From the NCBI GenBank assembly GCA_964503145.1, contig CAZCYV010000009.1, forward strand, positions 47,874-111,873: a stretch of 64,000 bases of DNA, given 5' to 3'. Every line of letters starts with the position of its first letter. Position 1 is the stretch's first letter. Position numbers and translations under genes: made by a program. Below the pieces are notes generated by a model. The model was not told the DNA's origin and made no database searches. It saw nothing but the letters and a program-made list of their open reading frames with translations. Origin of the DNA: an uncultured Anaerolinea sp. (GTDB lineage: Bacteria; Chloroflexota; Anaerolineae; Anaerolineales; UBA4823). Below, piece after piece: positions 58,663 to 64,000 of the stretch.

Positions 58663-59448
58663 TCATGGCGCCAGGTTCAGCCTCTGTTGCAGGTCGATCA
58701 GGGCTTTCTGCGGGGTCTGAAGCAAGCCGACGTTCGAGCGATCCAGATCGACGATCACCAAAAAGACGACCGAGACAATTATCACTACCATGATCAACGC
58801 CAGGAGATTGTGCTTTTCCCGATAACTGTCGTACACGCCGATCAGTACCATGGTCAAAAAAGCCACCAGGTAGAGGCCCAGCATCATGATCGACGGAACG
58901 CGCCAGCCTAGCTCGGCGTTGATGCGGTCGCTGTGCAGATCGATGACTTGATTCAAAGCCGAGAGATACAAGGCCATTGTCGGTCCAGCATCTATCTTTT
59001 TTACAATTTCTTCCGCATCCAACCACAGTTCATCATGGATCTCTTCCGATCGGGCAATCGCCATTGCCGTAGCCGACCGATCGAGCGCCTTGAGGCGCAT
59101 ATCGACATATTCACGTAGGAGCTCGCGCGACATACCATCGTAAGGCTCAGGCAGATAACCGGCGCGCAGGTAGGCGGTGCCAATAGCGTTGGCTTCGACC
59201 ACGATCAATTGCCGTCTCTGGTTAAAATTCCCAACCGCGATATTGGTGACAAACGCCAGCAGGAAGCCCAATAGCGCCAAGGCGGCGCCAACCACTGCGC
59301 CAACGCCTGCTTCAGCTTGATCCGGCCAGCGCTTCTGGATCAGCTTTCCCAGGCGGAAGCCTGTTTCAGCAGACAGGAACAAGAAGGCCATCGTTAGAAG
59401 ATAAACAGACCAGATCGGTAACAAATCCAATGGTTGGTTGTATCCCAT
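58663..59448 (-). CDS. DUF4239-like membrane protein
   Basis: 261 aa with RRQLIVVEANAIGTAYLRAGYLPEP, remembered as DUF4239-typical. TMs at both ends. Confidence 0.45.
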   Translation of the reverse strand: MGYNQPLDLLPIWSVYLLTMAFLFLSAETGFRLGKLIQKRWPDQAEAGVGAVVGAALALLGFLLAFVTNIAVGNFNQRRQLIVVEANAIGTAYLRAGYLPEPYDGMSRELLREYVDMRLKALDRSATAMAIARSEEIHDELWLDAEEIVKKIDAGPTMALYLSALNQVIDLHSDRINAELGWRVPSIMMLGLYLVAFLTMVLIGVYDSYREKHNLLALIMVVIIVSVVFLVIVDLDRSNVGLLQTPQKALIDLQQRLNLAP

Positions 59449-59572
59449 CTTTTTATCCCCTCGCTTCGAAAGAGCGAGATATGGTCAGCTGGAAGGAGTG
59501 GTCGCCGTACACGTTGCAAGAGGGTACAAGCGACCACTCACTATCCGGTAGATTGCAGCAAGGCCCTCCGAA

Positions 59573-61999
59573 TTACTGGATTGTGATCGTCACCGTATCC
59601 ATTGAGGTCTGGCCATAGAAGTCCACTACGGTCAGGGTAACCGTATAGACCCCTGGGGCGGCAAAGACGTGCTCGACCAGGACTCCCTCGGAGGTGGTGC
59701 CATCACCGAAGTTCCAGGTATAGCCAGCCAGCCAGCCAGCCGGGCTTGAGTCGCTGGCGTCGAAGATGATCACCTCGCCCGCCAGCCCCTGTTCCGGGGC
59801 AGAGATCACCGCCTGGGGCGGTGTCTCCGCTGGCAGCGTGGCGATCGGCGGCATAGGCTCCGCTGTGGGCGGGGCAGGCTCAGGCGTCGGCGTTGGCGGC
59901 TCAGGGGTCACAGTGGGCAGCGGCTCAGGGGTCACAGTGGACGGCGGCTCAGGGGTCACAGTAGCCGGCGGCTCTGGCGTTTCGGTAGGCGGCGGCTCGA
60001 TCGGCAGGACGGGCGCCGGCCGGTTGTAGTACACCAGCAGGCCGCCAAGGGTGCCGATCACAAGCTGGTTGTTGACTTGTGAGATGCGGTTGGCCGTTTC
60101 CAGCATCGCCAGGTAGGACGATTCCTGCTCCATCACACCGGGCGGCTCGGCGCAGAACACCTTGGTCGTCACCGCCGGCCCCACCTGGAAATAGCTCAGG
60201 ATGGGGGACGTGTAAGTGTTGCAGCCGGCGGTGCCGCGCAAGGTGCCGGAGCCGCCATCCGGATTGATGGCAAAATCGGCGGTGATGGTGGTGCCTGGCC
60301 GCAAGGGGATATTGCGCATCGAGACCAGCCACCAGCGGGTGCCGTTCAGGGCGGTGAGCGGCCCGCCGCTGGGCGGCGCCTCGGGCACGAAGGCGGTGTA
60401 GTTGAGCATCTGGCCATCGCCGTAGAAAATCTGCAAGGTATCGCCCAGGATGCGATATCTTTGGGCGCTATCCAGCGCCAGGTAATACTGCATTTCCTGC
60501 TCAGGCAGCCCGGCGGGGCAGCCTGGGTTGTTCGTCCGGGCGGGGAGATTGATCTTGATCTCTTTCAGGCTGGCGGCGTACACGGCGTTGTAATCGTTGC
60601 AGCCGGTCCCGCCCACGATCAGCCCCGAGGGGACGCCCGGCTGGCGCACGAACTGGGCGGTGAAATCCGCTCCGGCCACCGGCGCCTGTGGGTTGCTCAC
60701 CGGACCCAGGGCGGTCAGCCGCCAGTTTGTGCCCTCCAGGGGAGCGCGGTTGGCGACAAAAGTCAGCAGGCCTTTCTCGGAGGTGATAATCAGGGTCTGG
60801 CCAAACACCTGGTAACTTTGGGCGGCCCTCAGCAACTCTAGATAGGTCGCCTCGGTCTGCATGACGGTCTCTGGGCAGCGCACTTTGGTCGAAGCCAGCT
60901 CTGTGACGGTCAAGCGGTCCTCTTCGACGGTGTAGCCGCCGCGATAATTGTTGCACATCGCCACCCCGCCGACCGCTCCCTGCCCAGGCTTGGCCTCCGG
61001 GTCGAACAGGGCAGTCGTGGGCACCAGGCCGACGGTGTTGCGCACCCCGTTCATCGTCACCAGGGTCCACAGGGTGTTCTCCAGCGTCAGGCTGCGCGAG
61101 GTATAGACCAGCACCCCACCATCGTAGGTTATTTTCAGCCTTGCGCCCTCGATCTGGTAGGTCTTGGCGCTTGACAGGGCCTTTAGATAAGCCGCCTCTT
61201 GTTCCATGCCCTGGGTGCAGGCCATCATGGTCGAGATCGCTTGCTCGATTTTAATCTGGTTATCCTGCAGGGTGTAGCTGGCGACGTAATTGTTACATCC
61301 GGATGTTCCGCTGAGATTGCCCTGCTCGCCGAAGATCGCTGTGATGATCACGCCGCTTTCGACCTCAGTGGGGTTGTTCGGATCGCCCATGCTTTCCAGC
61401 ACCCATACCGTGTCCACCAGGGGCGTCTCCCCTGCGACGAAGACCAGCTTGCGCTCGGCACCGTCGCCCACTGCGTAGAAGACCTCCAGCCGGCCTTCGG
61501 GGGTGAAGGCAATCCGTTGGGCGCCTTCCAGGGCCGCCAGCACGGCGGCTTCCTGGTTCATGCCGCGCTCGCAGAACATCATTGTCGAGGCAATCGGACC
61601 GCTGACGGTGAGTTGGTCGCCGGCGAGTTCGTAGGCGGTGGTGTAATTGTTACAGCCGCCCGATCCGCTGAGCGTTCCATCGGAGGAAAACAGCGCAGTG
61701 ACGACAGTGCCTTCTTCTACTACAGCCGGGTTGGCTGCATTCCCAAAAGCCACCAGCAGCCAAAGCCTGTCCACTAATTGGGACGCCAGATCGGCGGTCG
61801 GCTGGGGCGTGGGAGCGACTTCTTCGGTCGGCTCCGGCTCGGGGGTAGCTGTGGCCGCCGGGGGCGGCTGGGTCGGTGGAGCGGGCGGCTCTGTGGGCGG
61901 CGGGGCCGGTCGGCAGGCAGCCATCAGCAGGGTAAATATCACGATCAAGCTACTCCACCATATCATACGTGTCTCTTTCATCCCTAACGCACCTTTCAT
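59573..61999 (-). CDS. lipoprotein with five tandem META (HslJ-like) domains, a PT-repeat linker and a C-terminal PKD domain
   Basis: Lipobox LLMAAC. A W-L-x...GCNNY...C...EQEAxYLxAL unit of about 105-110 aa occurs five times. The C-terminus has WNFGDGT...HVF. The start could be ATG 61999, 61981 or 61966. Confidence 0.7.
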   Translation of the reverse strand: MKGALGMKETRMIWWSSLIVIFTLLMAACRPAPPPTEPPAPPTQPPPAATATPEPEPTEEVAPTPQPTADLASQLVDRLWLLVAFGNAANPAVVEEGTVVTALFSSDGTLSGSGGCNNYTTAYELAGDQLTVSGPIASTMMFCERGMNQEAAVLAALEGAQRIAFTPEGRLEVFYAVGDGAERKLVFVAGETPLVDTVWVLESMGDPNNPTEVESGVIITAIFGEQGNLSGTSGCNNYVASYTLQDNQIKIEQAISTMMACTQGMEQEAAYLKALSSAKTYQIEGARLKITYDGGVLVYTSRSLTLENTLWTLVTMNGVRNTVGLVPTTALFDPEAKPGQGAVGGVAMCNNYRGGYTVEEDRLTVTELASTKVRCPETVMQTEATYLELLRAAQSYQVFGQTLIITSEKGLLTFVANRAPLEGTNWRLTALGPVSNPQAPVAGADFTAQFVRQPGVPSGLIVGGTGCNDYNAVYAASLKEIKINLPARTNNPGCPAGLPEQEMQYYLALDSAQRYRILGDTLQIFYGDGQMLNYTAFVPEAPPSGGPLTALNGTRWWLVSMRNIPLRPGTTITADFAINPDGGSGTLRGTAGCNTYTSPILSYFQVGPAVTTKVFCAEPPGVMEQESSYLAMLETANRISQVNNQLVIGTLGGLLVYYNRPAPVLPIEPPPTETPEPPATVTPEPPSTVTPEPLPTVTPEPPTPTPEPAPPTAEPMPPIATLPAETPPQAVISAPEQGLAGEVIIFDASDSSPAGWLAGYTWNFGDGTTSEGVLVEHVFAAPGVYTVTLTVVDFYGQTSMDTVTITIQ
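59877..59993. repeat. 24-bp tandem repeat (3 near-identical + 2 degenerate units) inside the coding region
   Basis: GGCTCAGGGGTCACAGTGG-nnnnn occurs at 59898, 59922 and 59946. On the minus strand it encodes the (T)VTPEPPx octapeptide repeats. Confidence 0.9.
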
Positions 62000-62063
62000 A
62001 CTCTTAGATCTCCTTGTGATTTTCGAACTTAAAACCCTGATCCAAAGCAGGCATACGAACAAT

Positions 62064-63308
62064 CTAACGGTTGGCAGCCTCGGGGTCGCTTGACGGTGTC
62101 ACTTCCGCGGCCTCCTTTCTTAGATAAGCGGAAATGTTTTTGACCGCCGTTAAGGCCATTTGGCCGATATTTTGGCCTGCCTGCTGCTCATCAGCGATCA
62201 ACCCCAATTCCTTCAAGTCTATGCGACCTTGCTGATCGAGGATTTCCAGGTCGGATCGTAGTAAGTATTTGGTATAGACATCGATGCTGGTCACCAGCAA
62301 GATCATCACCACCGGGCCATACAGCGCGCCAATGATGCCCATCACCCCCAGGCCGCCCAGTACGCTCAAAATGACCAGTGCCGGGTTGAGCTGTGCGCCC
62401 TTGGGGATCAAGCGATGCCGCAAGAGGGTGTCCAGGTTGGTCACTATCACCAGGAAGGCCACGATCACGAATATCCCTTGCCACACATTTCCGTTGACGA
62501 TCAAGATGAGCCCCACTGGCCAGGCTATCAGGGAGACGCCAATCAGCGGCACCAACGATAGCAGCATTGAGAGCAGGGTCAGGAACAGGACGAAGGGCAC
62601 GCCAGCGATCCATAGAATCAGGCCCATTGTCAGGCCCTGGGCGATGGCGATGATGAAGTTGCCCTTGAACATGGCTTTGATCATGATGTCGATCTTATCC
62701 ATGAATAACTGGGTGATCTCTGGCGGGAAGGGCACGATATCCAGAATGTCCTGCTTGCCAGGGCGCTTGTAGCGCGGCAGAAGGACGTAGATGATCACCA
62801 GCACCACCAGCCCGTTCACGAAAATGCCCGGTAGCGAACGCCCCAGACTGATCAGGACGCCGCGCAGCCAGGTGGCGAGCCAGGAGGTGACCTGGGCGAT
62901 GGTCTCGGCGAGCTGGATCTCTTCCAGGTGCACGTTTCCCGAGGTGAACGAGCGTATCACCCGCTCTAGCCAGCCGTTCACCCCGCCCAGCGAAAGATCC
63001 AGGGTGGTGATATCCAGGCCGCTGAACAGTATGGTCGCCTGACTGACGGCGCCGCCGACGATCACCACTGCCGGAATGGCGATCAGCAGGATAAAGATGA
63101 GCATGGTCAGCCCGGTGGCCTTTATTTCGCTGCCGTTGATCCACCTTCTGGCCAACACCCAGTTGTACAGCGGCTTCAACAGGATCACCAGAGCGACCGC
63201 CAGCAAGATGGCCTGCACGAATTGCCACACCAGGATCAGCGCCAGGATGGCCAGGACGGCCACCATGCTGAAGAAAAAGATCCGTTGCCTTAAGAAACGC
63301 CCACGCAT
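62064..63308 (-). CDS. AI-2E family transporter (PerM/UPF0118)
   Basis: 414 aa, about 8 TMs, with a family-typical layout and a C-terminal soluble tail. Confidence 0.75.
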   Translation of the reverse strand: MRGRFLRQRIFFFSMVAVLAILALILVWQFVQAILLAVALVILLKPLYNWVLARRWINGSEIKATGLTMLIFILLIAIPAVVIVGGAVSQATILFSGLDITTLDLSLGGVNGWLERVIRSFTSGNVHLEEIQLAETIAQVTSWLATWLRGVLISLGRSLPGIFVNGLVVLVIIYVLLPRYKRPGKQDILDIVPFPPEITQLFMDKIDIMIKAMFKGNFIIAIAQGLTMGLILWIAGVPFVLFLTLLSMLLSLVPLIGVSLIAWPVGLILIVNGNVWQGIFVIVAFLVIVTNLDTLLRHRLIPKGAQLNPALVILSVLGGLGVMGIIGALYGPVVMILLVTSIDVYTKYLLRSDLEILDQQGRIDLKELGLIADEQQAGQNIGQMALTAVKNISAYLRKEAAEVTPSSDPEAANR

Positions 63309-63316
63309 TGGATTGT

Positions 63317-63904
63317 TTACCTGAGATTGACGTAACGTCCCCGCACCCTGCGGATCTCAAATTGCGCCAGGATTCCGGTGATCAGGAAAGTCACGAAGAC
63401 CATGAAAATCGGCGCAGAGAACGGGATGCGAGCGGACAGGTAGTCTGGGCCAACGCCCCACGTCTGCGGAAAGAGATGGGTCAGGCCCAGCAGAATCGCA
63501 TACGCGCCGGACAGCGTGGTGGCCAGTATGATCACCCAATCTCCCATGCGGTTGCCAAAGAAACCCACCAAGCCGGCGCCGGCGATCAGGGCGACGAGGC
63601 TCAGGAAATCTGGCAAGCGCACAGGAAGTAGCGACAGGACGACCATCGCCAGCGTAGCCCCCAGGAGCACGCCGGCGAAATGGAGCACCATTTTGACCAG
63701 CAGGTAGCCAGCTAAGGCAGCGACCCCACCCACCACCAGGCTGATCAGCAGGCGAGTCGCCGATGGCTGAGATGAAAGTAACCACATTGACAGTTGGAAA
63801 CCCAACACAAACCCTCCCACGGCCAGCGCAAAGCGAAACAACCGACCGCCGTACACCAGCAGAAACACCCCGGAAGCGATCAGTAAAATATCCAGCAGGA
63901 ACAT
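63317..63904 (-). CDS. polytopic membrane protein, DUF4203-like
   Basis: 195 aa with 6-7 TMs and an N-terminal GVFLLVYGGRLFRFALAVGGFVLGF. The family call is tentative. Confidence 0.4.
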   Translation of the reverse strand: MFLLDILLIASGVFLLVYGGRLFRFALAVGGFVLGFQLSMWLLSSQPSATRLLISLVVGGVAALAGYLLVKMVLHFAGVLLGATLAMVVLSLLPVRLPDFLSLVALIAGAGLVGFFGNRMGDWVIILATTLSGAYAILLGLTHLFPQTWGVGPDYLSARIPFSAPIFMVFVTFLITGILAQFEIRRVRGRYVNLR

Positions 63905-64000
63905 GGTTTTTCTCCTTTCGTGCGCGGCTTATGCCTTCACGAATTGGGCGGCGCCCGCCACAGCAGCAGGCTCTCCCTAGGGGGGCCGTGGGCTTAACGG

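Overview
High-GC bacterial chromosomal window. GC falls visibly, by eye, after about 52.4 kb. Gene order and protein styles suggest Chloroflexota, but that is only a guess. The ORF track has many long antisense ORFs typical of high-GC DNA, so I called one coding strand per locus from recognisable motifs, RBS and start context, and operon spacing.

Gene content by region:
- 1-6.2 kb: dcw cluster end (murC', small ORF, murB, ddl, ftsQ, ftsA, ftsZ).
- 6.4-12.7 kb: dNTP-supply block. It holds a promoter with NrdR boxes, nrdR, a class II ribonucleotide reductase interrupted by a 410-aa LAGLIDADG intein at the TNP|CGEQ radical-cysteine motif, a YihY-family protein and a deoxynucleoside kinase.
- 12.7-25.3 kb: one long minus-strand array holding a surface protein, pth, mfd and an 8-gene glycan-type operon. 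The operon runs PglC-like transferase, ASCH, E1alpha, E1beta, Zn-ribbon/NHL protein, lipoyl+PSBD fused to a NeuD/PglD-type acyltransferase, DegT aminotransferase and a MenA-like prenyltransferase. This is my top candidate for an undescribed system.
- 25.4-31 kb: GcvT-like protein, two PYROXD2/CrtI-like flavoproteins and a Rieske oxygenase in one operon.
- 31-38.9 kb: DinB-like protein, secreted esterase, mtnA, adenosine kinase, ahcY, dGTPase-like protein and greA.
- 39-46.3 kb: an orphan membrane protein, then topA, dprA, rimM, a KH protein, rpsP and ffh.
- 46.5-52.4 kb: degV, a ParB/Srx-like protein, a small orphan protein and an asymmetric heterodimeric ABC exporter.
- 52.4-64 kb: lower-GC envelope block with an MNT remnant, a lipoprotein hydrolase, a VIT-like protein, two giant META/PKD proteins, DUF1269, DUF4239, an AI-2E transporter and a DUF4203-like protein.

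I saw no rRNA, tRNA, CRISPR array, transposase or prophage.
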